Source of the DNA: Mobula hypostoma
Lineage: Eukaryota
Assembly (NCBI RefSeq): GCF_963921235.1
Contig: NC_086111.1
Span: 54,870,001 to 54,934,000, forward strand
DNA: 64,000 nucleotides
Direction: 5' to 3'
Part shown: one piece after another, positions 50,136 to 63,975 of the stretch
Layout: each line of letters begins with the position of its first letter
How positions within the stretch are numbered: position 1 is the first letter of the stretch
Notes under the pieces: model-generated
What the model was told of the DNA's origin: nothing
The model's database searches: none
Seen by the model: the letters and a program-made list of their open reading frames with translations, nothing else
Translations under genes and position numbers: made by a program

Positions 50136-51434
50136 AGATAAGTGCTTCTGAACGATAGTCATTGAGGCAGGTGAAATATTTATGGAGAACCTGAGGGGGA
50201 ACTTCCTCACTCAGGGTGGTGAGAATGGGGAATGATCTGCCAGTGGAGATGGTTGATGCAGGTTCAATTACAACATTTAAGAGAAGCTTGGATCAGTATC
50301 TGGATGAGAAGGGTATGGAGGGCTTTGATCTAGGTACAGGTAGATGGAACTAGTCAGAAATACAGGTCAACACAGACTAGATGGGCTGAACAGTCAGTTT
50401 CTGTACTCTATGACTGTATGAACTAAAAAGGAATCAGGTGCAATATATTCAGGTTTGCTAAAAAGATAAAGGCAGTGAAGTAGGATATGTGAAGGGCATA
50501 CAGTCTTAAAAAGGATATAAATGGGTTAAGTGAGCGGCAAAAAGGGGACATGTAGAGTGGGAAAGTTTGAGGATATCCATCCTGGTAAAAAGAAAAGAAG
50601 CAAGATTTACTTGGATAAAGTGAGATGACATCCCTGTATGAAATAGACTATGCTCGTGCCTCGGTACAGCACAGAATGAAAAATACAGATGGGATGTTGG
50701 TCTTTACATGGAGGGTGGAGTATAATGATGGATGAGTCTTGCTGCATTGCCATCACCAAGTCTTCCACAGCAGCATCCCATGGGTCACCACTGACCAGAA
50801 CTCAGCTTGTACACTGTTGCCTACAGCATGAGGCTGTACATGACTTATTGTCGACCTGATGTGTGAGAATGTCATTCTACGCCTAACTGTGTGTGGCTCT
50901 AACAGCACTCAACAAGTTCCACATTACCTAAGAGGAAATTTTTCACTTGATTGAAGCTCTGAGCATCCATTTTATGTACCACTAGTACCATGCACCATCA
51001 TATCATGCTGAATATGTAAATATTCAGGCTAATTCAACAGCATCTCCAAAACCCATTAGCTCAGTCATCTCACAAACACAAGAGATTCTGCAAATGGTGT
51101 AAGTCCAGAGTAACACCTACAAAATGCAGGAGGAACTCAGCCTGTCAGGCAGCATCTATGGAAAGGAATAAAGAGTCGACAGTTCAGGCCAAGACCCAAG
51201 GAGAAGCAAGCATCTGGGAATGGCTCCAATTATAGATTCCTTCTCAGTAGCATACTTATCCTAACTTGAAAATGCATTACAGTACTGCTTTTAATAGTTA
51301 GATAAAAGTCTTTGTTATTCCAAGAAACAGCAGTGCGAGAGCACAAGAACTGCAGTGGTTGAAAAGAAGTTTAGGAATGGTCATTAAATTCCAATCTTGA
51401 CAAAGACACCTGCATCCCGGAAATAGAATAGGAG

Positions 51435-52105
51435 TTGGTTTATTATTGTCACATGTACCAAGGTATAGTGAAAAGCTTGTCTTGCATACCGATCACACAG
51501 ATCAATTCATTACACAGACCATTGAGGTAGTACAAGGCAAAACTATAACAGAATGTAGAATAAAGTGCAACAGCTAAGAGAAAGTGCAATGCAGATAAAC
51601 TACAAGGTGCAAAATTATAACAAGATAGACTGTGAGATCGACAGTTCATTTATCTTACTTGAGAACTGTTCAATAGTCTTTCAACAGCAGGGTAGAAGCT
51701 GTCTTTGAGCCTAGTGGTCCATGCTTTCAGGCTTTTATATCTTCTGCCTAACAATAGAGAGGAGAAGAGAAACTGTCTGGGAGTGGGTGGGGTTTTTAAT
51801 TATGCTGGCTGCTATACTGGGGTATATACAGAGTCTATAGATGGAAGGCTGGTGTGTGTGATGTAAATGCAGTTCAAAAATAACTCTGAAGTGTGTTACA
51901 GTCACAGGGAGACCAGTTCCCATACCAATCTCTAATGCATCCAGGTAGGATGTCTTCTGTGGTTCATCAATAACAATTAGTAAAGGTTGATGAGGACATG
52001 CAAAATTTCTTTAGCCTCCTGACATGTTGGTGAGCTTCCTTGACTGTGGCATCTATGCAGTTGGTCCAGGGTAGCCTGCTGTTAATGTTCATCCCTAGGA
52101 ACTAA
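51435..52105 (-). mobile_element. Degraded Rex/Babar-type LINE 3' end
   Basis: Same 3'UTR family as 21850-22457 and 28720-29140. Confidence 0.6.
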
Positions 52106-52613
52106 AAGGCCCTACCCTAATACTGGCTATTCTTATCAACTGTGGTCTGTTGGTCAAGAAGAAAATTCCCAAGTAATATGAGATGAGTATTGTCCTGAAA
52201 ATTGAGTTAAAGAAAGATAATTAGTGGTGATACAAACAGAAGACAATCTGCAGATGCTGAAAAATCCAAAGCAACACACACAGAATGCTGGAGGAACTCA
52301 GCAGGTCAGGAAGAATCAATGGAAAAGAGTAAACAGTCAATGTTTCGGGCTGATATCCTTCTTAATGGAGATATGTTTAATCTCTTTCTGTTGGACTTTC
52401 TGTCAGGAAAGTAGAAGCAGAAAATAAATGTGCAAAAAGTAGCAAAAATTCTGTGGTAAAGCACTTTATCTTTGGATCAATAAGTGTTTAGAATAATTAA
52501 CCTGCTAAGTTTAGGGGACTGGAAGATTGACCTCCTATGTTTACTTTTCATTTATTAAGTTTCTTGAACATTATCTTATTATGGATTGTAAACTGAAATT
52601 TTATGCTTTGAAG

Positions 52614-52784
52614 CCGATCCAGAGCAACTTCATTGTGGTTATTCACCCTGGATCATCCACTCTGAGGATTGGCCGAGCTGCTGATACACTCCCTATTGGT
52701 GTACCTCACATCATCGCCCGAAGACATAAACAACAAGGACAGCCTCGATATGAGGACCCATGGCTTCAAAGGGATGGTCTCAAT
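52614..52784 (+). CDS. ACTR8: ACTR8 coding exon 2
   Basis: tttgaag|CCG...CTCAAT|gtaagc, 171 nt. Encodes PIQSNFIVVIHPGSSTLRIGRAADTLP...RDGLN. Confidence 0.95.
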
Positions 52785-52838
52785 GTAAGCTTTTTTTGTT
52801 TTATCCTTTTATAGTGATGGGGATTCGGTCATTTAATC

Positions 52839-53435
52839 CATTGGTCCCCAACCACCGGGCCGCAAAGCATGTGCTACCGGGCCGCAAGGAAATGATATGA
52901 TTTGGCGATATGAAAAAATATGAGTCAGCTGCACCTTTCCTCATTCCCTGTCACGCCCACTGTTGGAACTTGAACGCACGCGAGGTCATTACATAAGGAA
53001 CCCCCTTCGAGTACTGCATCGCTGTCTCCCATCACCCTTCGGTGGGACCGTCTTGTTGCAGGGAAACAAGCTCAGGGCTCCCACTGATTCAGCCATATTG
53101 GTGTGTTGCAATGATTTTATATGTTCATATGGGGAAAGTATGTGCTGTGTGTTTAATAGCCAAACGTTACTTAAAATGTTATAATGCTATTGACAGTGAA
53201 TAGTGACTTAGAATTGACTTATCACTATATTCATGCAAGGAAAATATGTGGTGTGTTTAATATTAAATTCATTAGATAAACCCTTTTAGAAACGAAATTG
53301 AGTGTATTAGCCACTTGTAAGTGACTTATAGTTGACTTATCACCTTATTCCGGTCATGATTAAGACCCTCACCTGCCCGCCCCCCCCCCCCCCCGGTCGG
53401 CCGGTCCGCGGTGCAAAAAAGGTTGGGGACCCCTG
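52839..53435. mobile_element. hAT-Charlie (MER1-like) non-autonomous DNA transposon
   Basis: TIRs CATTGGTCCCCAACC / GGTTGGGGACCCCTG. 8-bp TSD ATTTAATC at 52831-38 and 53436-43. Confidence 0.9.
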
Positions 53436-54059
53436 ATTTAATCTACTGCTATTTGGATTGTAGAATTTAGGGTAAGGCTTAAGAATAAGAATAACAACTG
53501 CATTTGTACAGTGTCTTCAACAAAGTGAGATATGCCAAGGCACTTCACAAAAGCATTGTCAAACAAAACTATTTGGTTACGGAAGAAGTTTAAAGAACGA
53601 TAAGCTAAATATTGAATAAGAAACATGCTTAGAAACTCAGATAAAAATTAAAGGATGACTGGTGGATAAGAAATAGGAAAAAAGAGTAAATCACTTGGTC
53701 CCTCAAACTTGTTCTGGAATTCAGCATTATTGTGGCTGCATTCTCTGTCAACACTATCATCCTGCACTATCCTCATATCCCTCAATTCAGTGAATATCAA
53801 GGAATTTATTGATAGCTGTTTGTTTGCATTTGGTAAGTTAACTTTTACAGCCTCTGCAGTAGTGAATTCCAAAGATTTACCACCCTCCAAGTGAAGAAAT
53901 TTCCCCTTATTTCAATCCTTTTGCTTTGAGACTATTATCTACCCATTTACTCTTTTCAGGCCATGAAGAATTTTACTTTTGTCCGTGAGATCACTTCTCA
54001 GTATTTCCAAATTTGAGAGAATGGGAGACTGTCCTCATGTGACATACCCACTGTAAGAG

Positions 54060-57000
54060 AATCCGGTCTAATGCATCAAAAAAGGTGAATACAGGACTGG
54101 AGGTGTTATATTTGAATGCACGCAGTGTATGAAATAAGGTAGATGAACTTCTGGCACAGTTGCAGATTGGCAGGTATGTTGTAGGCATCGCTGAATCAAG
54201 GCTGAAAGATTATAGCTGGGAGCTTAATGTTCAAGGATGGATATTGTATTGAAAGGATAGGCAAGAAGGCAGAGGGTGGGGCAGCATTTCTCTGTTGGTA
54301 AAAAATGAAATCAAATCATTAAGAAAGAGGTGACATAGGGTCAGAAGGTGTTGAGTCATTGTGGATAGAGCTAAGGAACTGCAAGGGTAAAAAGACCCTG
54401 ATAGGAGTTGTATACAGACCCCAAAGAGCAGTAAGGATGTGGCTGACATATTACAACGGGAGATAGAAAATGCATGCCAAAAGGGCAATATTACGATAGT
54501 CATGGGGACTTCAATATGCAGGTAGATTTGAAAAGTGAGGTTGGTGCTGGATTACAGGATGGGGAACTTCTAGAGAGCCTACAAGATGGCTTGTTAGAGC
54601 AGCTCGTGGTTGAGCCCACTAGAGGATCAACTATTCTGGATTGGATGCTGTGCAATGAACCAGAATTGATTGGAAAAGAACATTGGCAGGGATGACGGCA
54701 GTGCAGCAATGGCTGGAATTTCTGGAAGCAATTCGGAAGGCCCAGAATATATATAATCCCAAAGAGCAAGAAGTGCTCTAAAGGAAAGATGACACAACCA
54801 TGACTAACAAGAGAAGTCAAAGCCAATATAAAAGTCAAAGAGAGGGCATATAATAGAGGAAAAATTAGTAGGAAGTTAGAGGATTGGAAAGCTCTAAAGC
54901 TTTTAAAAACCAAGAGAAGGCAACTAAAAAAGTCATTAAGAAGGTAAAGATGGAATAGGAAAGTAAGCTAGCCAATAATATTAAAGAGGATACCAAAAGT
55001 TTCTTTGGATACATAAAGTGTAAAAGAGAAGTGAGTTTGGATTTTGGACCGCTGAAAAACGATGCTGGAGAGGTAGTAATGAGGGACAACAAAAGAGCAG
55101 ATGAACTGAATAAGTATTTTGCATCAGTCTTCACTGTGGAAGACACTGGCAGTTCCAGGTGTCGGGGCATGAAGTGTGTGAAGTTACTATAAATGAAGAG
55201 AAGGTTCTTGGAAAACTGAAAGGTCTGAGGGTAGATAAGTCACCTGGACCAGGTAGTGCACACCACAGGGTTCTGAAAGAGGTGGCTAAAGAGATTGCGG
55301 AGGCATTAGTAATGATCTTTCATCAATCACTGGATTCTGGAATGGTTCCGGAAGATTAAAAAATTGCAAATGTCATTCCACTCTTCAAGAAGAAAGAGAG
55401 GCAGAAGTGAGCACTGGCGCTCCCCAAGGCTGTGTGCTCAACCCGCTGCTGTTCACACTACTGGCACATGACTGTGTCACATGACAAAGCTCAAACTGTG
55501 TCATCAAGTTTGCGGATGACACAAAAGTGGTTGTCCTCATCAAGAACGATGACAAGATGGAGTATAGAAAGGACCGGTGGATTGGTGTGAGAAAAATTAC
55601 CTAAGCCTGAACATGGAGAAGACCGAGGAAATCATTGTGGACTTCAGGAAGGTACAGACAAAGCATCCCCCTCTGCGAATATATGGTTCTTCTATAGAAA
55701 GTTAAGTGTACCAAGTTCCTGCGAGTTCACATCATGCATGACCTCACCTGGTCCATTAAAATCACCTCCCTCAACAAGAAGGCACTGCGGTGTCTCCACT
55801 TCCTAAGACTGAGGCAAGCAAGGCCCTGCCCTGCAACTTAACTGTGTTTTATAGGAGCACCATTGAAAGCGTCCTGACAAGTTGCAACTCCATCTGGTAC
55901 AGAAGCAGTCGAGCATCAGACCAGAAGACCCTACGTAAGACTGTGAGAACAGCTGAGAGGATCATAGGGGTCTCCCTACCATCCACTGGGGATATTTATC
56001 ATGAGCACCGCGTATGCAGAGCCCTTAGTGTTATTAAGGATCCCATCCGTCCAACCAGCATCCTTTTTGGCTTTCTACCATCAGGCAGGAGATGACGATT
56101 CATAAAAACAAGAATGGTCAGAATGAGAAATAGTTTCTTTCCCCGGCTATTAGGCTTCTGAACTCCCTGACACACGGTATTCGATGTGTCACTAGTTAAT
56201 CTGTTCTGTACCTTACACTATTTAATATTAATGCACTTGAGTTTGTTATTTATGTGTGGTCCATCTGTAGATTTTATCCTTACCTTCATAAGTTATATAC
56301 ATGTATGTAGATAAATGGCAAAAAAACTTGACTTGATAGGCCACTTGGTGTGACCTCAGTGGTTGGGAAGATGTTGGAGTTGATTATTAAGGATGAGGTC
56401 TCAGGGTACTTAGAGGCACTTGATAAAATAGGCCGTAGTCAGTATGGTTTCCTCAAGGGAAAATCTTGCCTGACAAATCTGTTGGAATTCTTTGAAGAAG
56501 TAACAAGCAGGATAGACAGAGGAGAATAGATTGATGTTATATACTTGGATTTTCAGAAGGCCTTTAATAAGGTGCTGCGCATGAGGCTGCTTAACAAGCT
56601 ATGAGCCCATGGTATTACAGGAAAGATTCTAGCATGGATAAAGCAGTGGCTGACTGGTAGGTGGCAAAGAGTGGGAATGAAGGGAGCCTTTTCTGGTTGG
56701 GTGCCAGTGACTAGTGTGTTGCACAGGGGTCTGTGTTGGGAACGATTCTTTTTACGTTATATGTCAATGATTTGGATGATGGAATTGATGGCTTTGTTGC
56801 AACACTTGCAGACGATATGAAGGGAGTGGAGGCACAAGTAGCTTTGAGGAAGTAGAGGGGCTACAGAAGGACTTAGATAGACTAGGAGAATCGGTAAAGA
56901 AATGGCAGATGGAGTACAGTGTTGGGAAGTGTATGGTCATGCACTTTGGTAGAAGGAGGGGTTGGCTATTTTCTAAATGGAGAGAAAATACAAACAATTA

Positions 57001-58090
57001 AAATTATGATGGGTATAGATAGAGTGAATGCAAGCAGGCTTTTCCACTGAGGCAAGGGGAGAAAAAAAACAGAGGACATGGGTTAAGGGTGAGGGGGGGA
57101 AAGTTTAAAGGGAACATTGGGGGGGGGCTTCTTCACACAGACAGTGGTGGGAGTATGGAATGAGCTGCCAGACGAGGTGGTAAATGCGGGTTCTTTTTTA
57201 ACATTTAAGAATAAATTGGACAGATACATGGATGGGAGGTGTATGGAGGGATATGGTCCGTGTGCAGGTCAGTGGGACTAGGCAGAAAATGGTTCGGCAC
57301 AGCCAAGAAGGGCCAAAGGACATGTTTCTATGCTGTAGTTTCTATGGTTCTGTGGTTCTAACTGAGGTGCAAATGGACTTAGGAGTCCTTGTGCAGGATT
57401 CCTAAAGGTTAATTTGCAGGTTTAGTCTGTAGTGAGGATGGCAATTGCAATGTTAATATTCATTTCAAGAGGATGAGAATATAAAAGCAAGGATGTAATG
57501 TTGAGACTTTATATTGCACTGGTGAGGCCTCACTTGGAGTATTGTGGACAGGTTAAGACCCATTATCTTAGAAAGAATGTGTTGAAACTGGAGAGAGTTC
57601 AAATGAGGTTCACAAAAAATATTCCAGGATTGAATTGCTTGTCACATGAAGAGCGTTTGATGGCTCTGGGCCTGTATTCACTAGAATTCAGAAGAATGAG
57701 GGGTGATCTCATTGAAACCTGTTGAATGGTAAAAGGCCTTGATAAAATGGATGTTGAGGTAATAGTTCTTATAGTGAGAGACTCTGAGACAGAAGACACA
57801 GCCTCAGAATAGGGGGGTGTTCTTTTAGAATGAAGATGAGGAGGAATTTCTTTAGCCAAAGAGTGGTGAATCAGTGGAATTTGTTGTCACAGGCAGCTGT
57901 AGAGGCCATGTCTTGATGTATATTTAAGGCAGAGGTTTATAGATTCTTGATTGGTCAGGGCATGAAGGGAAATGGGGAGAAGGCAGGAGATTGGGGCTGA
58001 GAGGAAATTTGGATCAGCCATGATGAAATGGCGGAGCAGAGTCTATGGGCCCAGTGGTCTAATTCTACTCTTATATCTTATGGCCTTATG
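54060..58090 (+). mobile_element. CR1 LINE ORF2 in ACTR8 intron 2 with nested Rex/Babar (about 55407-56335) and a second CR1 3' end (about 56998-57360)
   Basis: APE motif LYLNARS, GDFNMQ, RT motifs and LVRPHLEYC. Nested GAPQGCVL...KFADD...FYRSTIESVLTS. Confidence 0.85.
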
Positions 58091-58539
58091 TCACAAAACA
58101 TTGAGGGAATAAGAATAGTGGTGTGCATGCAAAGGGGCTTAAAGAGAATGTCAACGAATGAGTAGACAACAATGTGCAGATGGAGTAAAATGTGGAAAAG
58201 TTTAAGGTCATCCAAATACTGAGTATTTTTACATGGCAAGAGTTAGGAAATTATGATATTCCAAAGAGCTGGATGTCCTTGAGCAGGTAATTAGAAAGCC
58301 AAACGGTTTGTTAGTCCTACTGTGTGAGAATTTGAGTATAAGAATAAAGGTGTCTTACTACGATTATGTAGGACACATAATTGATGAGATCACAGTATAC
58401 AATTCTTGAAAAAGGACGTACTCGCTACTGAGGCAAGGGTGAATCTAGTGCAGCTTTTACATTGCAACTCATCCTATTGATGCAATTTTGCCCTATCTCA
58501 CTACACATTGTCTCTGTCGTAAATCAGCTACCACATCTT

Positions 58540-59780
58540 CAGCACTATTATCCACGTTTCCTTTGATACTTCTTTCATTAAAATACAGGCAGATCAGGGC
58601 GCTAGTCGCACCCTGCTCAACATTTTGATTCCTAACCGCCTGAGATCTTACCGATATCTGCCTCCAGAACCTCTCCACTAACTGTTCTGGCACTCTGGTT
58701 TCCATCTGCCTGAAACTCTAGTTAAACCCCATTGTGTGGCATTAACAAACCTTCCCCCTCTAGCTCAGGTACAAACCATCCCTTCCGTACAGGTCCCACC
58801 TTCCCTGCAAGAGAGCCCAATGAACCAAAAACCGTATGTCGTCCCTCCTACACCAACTCCTTAGCCATGTATTAAACTGTATGATCTTCCTAGATCTGGC
58901 ACAGGTGGCAATCCTGAGATCACAACCCTGGAGCTCCTGCCCTTTAACTTAGAACCTAACTCCCTCAGCAGAACCTCGTCACTTGCCCTACCCATATCAT
59001 TGGTACCTACATGGCAGTTCACCCTCCCACTTGGGAATGCTGAAGACTTGATCCAAGTTATCCAGACTGACACCCAGGAGGCAACATACCATCTGGGAAT
59101 CTTGTTCTCGCCCTCAGAACCTTCTGTCCGTTCCCCTAACTAACGAATTCCATATCACCACAACATGCCTTTTCTCCGCCTTTCCCTTCTGAGTCACAGA
59201 GGGAGGCTCAGTGCCAGAGACCTGACCACTGTGACTTTCCTCTGTAAGGTCATTTCCCCCCCCCCCACACAAAAGTATCCAAAGTGATATACCTGATATT
59301 GCGGGGAATGTCCACAAGGGTACTCAGCACAGGCTCCTTCACCCCTTTCCCCTTCCTGACTGTCACTGTTTCCTGTGTCCAGTACCTTGGGTGCACCTAC
59401 CTCTCTATATATCCTATCTATCACCCCCTCAGCCTCCTGACTGATCCGGAGTTCATCCACTTCCAGCTCCAACGCCTTAACGCAGTTTGTTAGAAGCTGC
59501 AGCTGGATGCACTTCTCACAGTTCTAGTCATCAAGGACATTGGCAGTCTCCCTGCCTTCCCACATCCCACAAGAGGAGCATTTCATTATCCTGCCTGGCA
59601 TCTCTGCTGCCCTAGCTGAGCAGATGTAAAGAAGAGAAGGAAAAATTTAACTTTCCTTTGCTTTCTCTGAGTGAAGCCTTTGTTCACTGAAGCATCAAAG
59701 GGCTAAAGCCTCAAGAACGCACTCTGGCTATGTCCACTCAGACGACGAACGCTGCGACAATAGTTTGCCCCTACCTTCCT
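58540..59780 (-). mobile_element. CR1 5' part: ORF1 (SGNH esterase) remnant
   Basis: LELEVDELRI coiled coil; VVIWNSLVRGTDRRF (degenerate GDS); HVGTNDMGR...VVISGLPPVP. Confidence 0.75.
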
Positions 59781-60566
59781 TTAATTTGCAGTTACTAATC
59801 AATCCTAAATGACAACTGGTCGCTGGTCAAAGCTGTTTTTCTCTGCTACTATTTGTATGTTATTATTCTTTCCCTACATCTCAATTACGATTAACTCATA
59901 AACATCTCCAACTTCCAAAACTCTGCTTTTTATCCTCGGGCAGTGGACCTGATTGAAATCTCTCTCTCTAAACCTCTGACGTCTGGATTAGCCGCTGGTC
60001 AAAGCTCTGTTACGCTGCCGCAATCCACTGCTGACTTTTATCCTTGGGCAGTGGACCTGAATGAAGTCCCCTCCTCTCCAAACTTCTGATATCTGGATTG
60101 GCCGCTGATCAAAGCTCCTTATCAACTTGCAAATGTTACTTTTGGTCTGATCAGGCCATTGAGATAATCATACCTTTGTTTTACCCTTTGCTCAAGCTTG
60201 CTGACCCAAGATGATCATTTTATTTTTGTTCTTTATCTTCTGTTAACCAATAGACAATTAATTCCAGTATATTTCCCCTAATTATTGTGTTCTAACCTTA
60301 TTGATCAACCTGTGTGGGGCCTTTAGTTGACTCTGCCCAGTTGTATTATTATTTTTGGTAATTCCCTATTTTTTGGAGTTGAAGGATTGGCTACGAATGA
60401 TAAAGACTCCAGATTTAGCGTAATGCCAATCCTTACACGAGAACACCAATTTTCAATAAAGAAATGAGTTGTTTTAATTTATAGTTAACGTGCGAAGATA
60501 ATCTAAAAATTAGACAATCCACAGTAACCATGAAATACTGATCAAAATAAAAAATATGTTTTTAAG

Positions 60567-60677
60567 AAACCTGAGAGTAATGAGCAAAGACTGAATGGCC
60601 TTAAAATGGTGGATCAAGCAATATGGTCCAAAAAGATGTCAAATGGTGCAAGACGGATACCAGCTCCACCAGATCAG
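60567..60677 (+). CDS. ACTR8: ACTR8 coding exon 3
   Basis: ttttaag|AAACCTGAG...GATCAG|gtac, 111 nt. Encodes KPESNEQRLNGLKMVDQAIWSKKMSNGARRIPAPPDQ. Confidence 0.95.
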
Positions 60678-61029
60678 GTACAGCTTTATATTTCTGCACT
60701 AGATTACACTTTCATAATCACTTTTGATCTTGAAGAAAGAGAGCCATGTGTTGTTAAGAAATGAGATTAATACCTAGATTCCTTAATTGTATTACTTCAG
60801 AATGATAAAGAATGGCGGGCATTTCAAATGAACTTTTTTTGATAGTTTGGCATTTTCTATAGTGTTTGGATTTTTAAGTTGTGTGCACAGAATTGGGCAC
60901 TTGTTTGAATTTTTAAAAAGGTTTCAGGAAAACAGCACGTGGGAGAGCCAGTATGTCTTGGTACAGATAAAATGGAGAACTCTCTGAACAGTAGATAACA
61001 CATACTTACCATTTAATGTTCTTTTGCAG

Positions 61030-61134
61030 GTCAGGGCGTATAACAAACAGATGAGACCAGCTGTCTTGGATGCTAATTCTGGGGTCAAATGGACAAACAC
61101 ATCACATCAACCCGAATTTCTTGTAGGTGAAGAG
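61030..61134 (+). CDS. ACTR8: ACTR8 coding exon 4
   Basis: ttttgcag|GTCAGG...GAAGAG|gtaata, 105 nt. Encodes VRAYNKQMRPAVLDANSGVKWTNTSHQPEFLVGEE. Confidence 0.95.
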
Positions 61135-61242
61135 GTAATACTTTCCTTTATTTGGTAAATAAATCTTTTGTTGATCTGGAAATCTTTAGAGGAGAGCATG
61201 AGCATTAACAGTGGTGCTCTGGTCTGCATTTATCCGTCAAGC

Positions 61243-62300
61243 ATAAGAGATAGGAGCAGAGTTACACCATTCTGCCTGCCATTCCATCATGGCTGATTTA
61301 TTATCCCTCTCAACCTCATCCTCTTTCCTTCTCCTCGCAACATTTGACCCCCTTACTAATCATGAACCTATCAACCTCTGCTTTAAATATACCCAATGTC
61401 TTGTCTTACATAGCTGTCTGTAGCAATAACTTCCACAGATTCACCATCTTCTGGCTGAAAATTTCTCCTCAACTACATTCTAAAGGGACACCCATTTATT
61501 CTGAGGCTGTGCCCTCTGGCTCTAGACTCCCCCACTCTCGGAAACAACCTCTCCATATCCACTTTATTTAGGCTTTTCAATATTCAACAGGTTTCCATGA
61601 GATTCCCCCTCATTCTTCTAAACTGCAGCGAGTCCAGGCCCTGAGCCATCAAGCACTCCTCGTATGTTAACCCTTTCAATGCCAGCACATCATTTCTTAG
61701 ATAAGGCATCCATAACTGTTCATGATACTCCAAGCATGGTATGACCCGTGTTTTATAGAGCCTCAGTATTACATCCTTGCTGTTACATTCTCGACCTCTC
61801 GAAATGAATGCTAACATTGCATTTCCCTTACCTACCACCAACTCAATCACAGTTTAACCTTTAGGGAATCCTGCACAAGGACTCTCAAGTTTCATTGCAC
61901 CTCTGGCCTGAATTTTCTCTGTTTAGAAAATAGTCTATGCTTTTATTCCTTCTACCGATGTACATGACCATGCCTTCCCTACACTATATTCCATCTGAGG
62001 TTTCTTTACCCATTCTCCTAATATGTCTAAATCCTTCTGCAAATTCTCTGCTTCTTTAACACTACCTGCCCCTCCACCTATCTTTGTATCATCCACCAAC
62101 TTGATTACAAAGCCATCAATTCCATCATCCAAATCATTGACAGACAACATAAAAAAAGGTCCCAAATTCAACTCCTGTGGAGCACTAGTAGTCACCAGCA
62201 GCCAACCAGAGAAGTCCCAATTTATTCCTCCTCTGTCTCCTGCTAGTCAGCCAATCTCTCTATGCCAGTATCTTTCCTGTAATACCAGGGGCTATTTAGT
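61243..62300 (-). mobile_element. CR1 LINE RT/3' part in ACTR8 intron 4
   Basis: NDLDDGIDGFVIKLVDDTKIGG; NAMLAFISRG; FRRMRGNL. Confidence 0.85.
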
Positions 62301-63018
62301 AGCATCAAGCAATAGCACTGCAACAGATTATCTATTCATTTTCTAACCTGCCATGTGTATTGTAAAATATTCTGGGGCAATTACTGTCACAAATGCTATT
62401 TTGTTGATGTTTATTAACAGAAGTATTCATATTTTAATTATATTTTCATTACTGGGTTGTGGTAATATTAGCTTCGTGTTTTTGGTAAGTTATGCATATA
62501 CTGTGTGGTCCACCTTGGACTGTTTAATTAGGCAGTATACATGTATTCAGTTGAATGTGAGCTTGAACTTGAACTTAAGTTGGTCATTTCCTAGCAGCTA
62601 TAACACCAGATCTACAAACTTCATAAACCTGTGCTGATCTTGCCATTAATTCTTATATTTTTGTAAATGGTGAAACTGTGGTAATTACTATGTTTAACTT
62701 TGATCACAGCTTTGCTTCACGAGATTAGATAAATAATCATTAGGCAATACCAATAACAGTTTCTCAGAGGTGAGAAGACCATTCCAAATTACTGGTAACT
62801 AATTTGATACTTTTAATCCATCATGATAACCTCTCTTTCATTCTTATTCTTTCTATTTTTTTCTTTGGATAGGAATGACTGCACAGAATCAGTGGCTCTG
62901 TGTCAATTTTACTTAAATTTGATGCACTTAGATGTTCAGTTAATATGGTGGCAGATTTATTTAATAGCAAAAGTTTAAATATCATGGAAAATATTGACGC
63001 GTAATTTTCTTCTCACAG

Positions 63019-63192
63019 GCATTGTACGTAAATCCAACAGATTACTACAATATACATTGGCCAATTCGCAGAGGTCAGTTTAACCTTCATTCAGGACCTG
63101 GAGGTTCTCTCACTGCAGTACTGGCTGATCTGGAAACTATATGGACGTACGCTATTCAGAAATTTCTAGAAATTCCACGTAAAGATTTAAAG
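63019..63192 (+). CDS. ACTR8: ACTR8 coding exon 5 (gene continues beyond window)
   Basis: ctcacag|GCATTG...TTAAAG|gtgagt, 174 nt. Encodes ALYVNPTDYYNIHWPIRRGQFNLHSGPGGSLTAVLADLETIW...KDLK. Confidence 0.95.
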
Positions 63193-63836
63193 GTGAGTGA
63201 CTTAACTTCTGTGTTTCAAATGATAAAGTTCAAGGGCTAGTATGTATTCTTAAAACATTTCAATTATTGACCACATGATTGACAGTAAGCATATTACAAA
63301 ACTTATTTCTGACTTTGATTTTTAAAAAGTAAACTATTCACTTCCATCACAGTTTCCCTCTTGACTGTTGCTATTGTTCAACTATTTCCTGACAAACCTT
63401 CACCAGAGATTGTAACGTCAAATAAAAAAACTTCAGTGAAACATCAGTATGACTTTATTCGTTACAAAATTTATTCCATACTTTTTGTATTAAACTGTTC
63501 TGTTAATTATTATACAACTTTCAATCATTAGATGCGCAGTAAGTTCAAGGACTTAATAGTTGTGATCTTGGGGTAGAGATTAGCATAACTTTCAGGAGCA
63601 AAATTGACAAGTTATAAGATAAACTGCGAAAAACTGAACTTTGCCTATTCCTCCTTTAAGTTTGTTTCACATCTTCCTTTTAATCTACACTGATCTATAT
63701 TTATTGAGTTCTTTTTGTCTTCGGTACTATCATTTTGAACCTAATAGCAATTCACAAAAAAACTGGAGTTTTTGCATAATGAAAAGTGGCAGCAAAGCCC
63801 GTTTCTTAGTATAGTTGACCACCTGTTTATAATCAT

Positions 63837-63975
63837 GATAAAATCTGAAGGTGCTGGAAATCCAGGCAACGCACAAAAATTGCTGGAGAAACTCAGCAGG
63901 CCAGGCAGCTTCTATTTACTCTTTTCCATAGATGCTACCTAGCCTGCTGCATTCCTCCAGCAATTTGTGTGTGTT
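63837..63975. mobile_element. Palindromic Penelope-derived mini-element lacking the hammerhead
   Basis: Inverted arms. TSD ACCTGTTTAT(A/G)ATCAT at 63821-36 and 63976-91. Confidence 0.78.
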
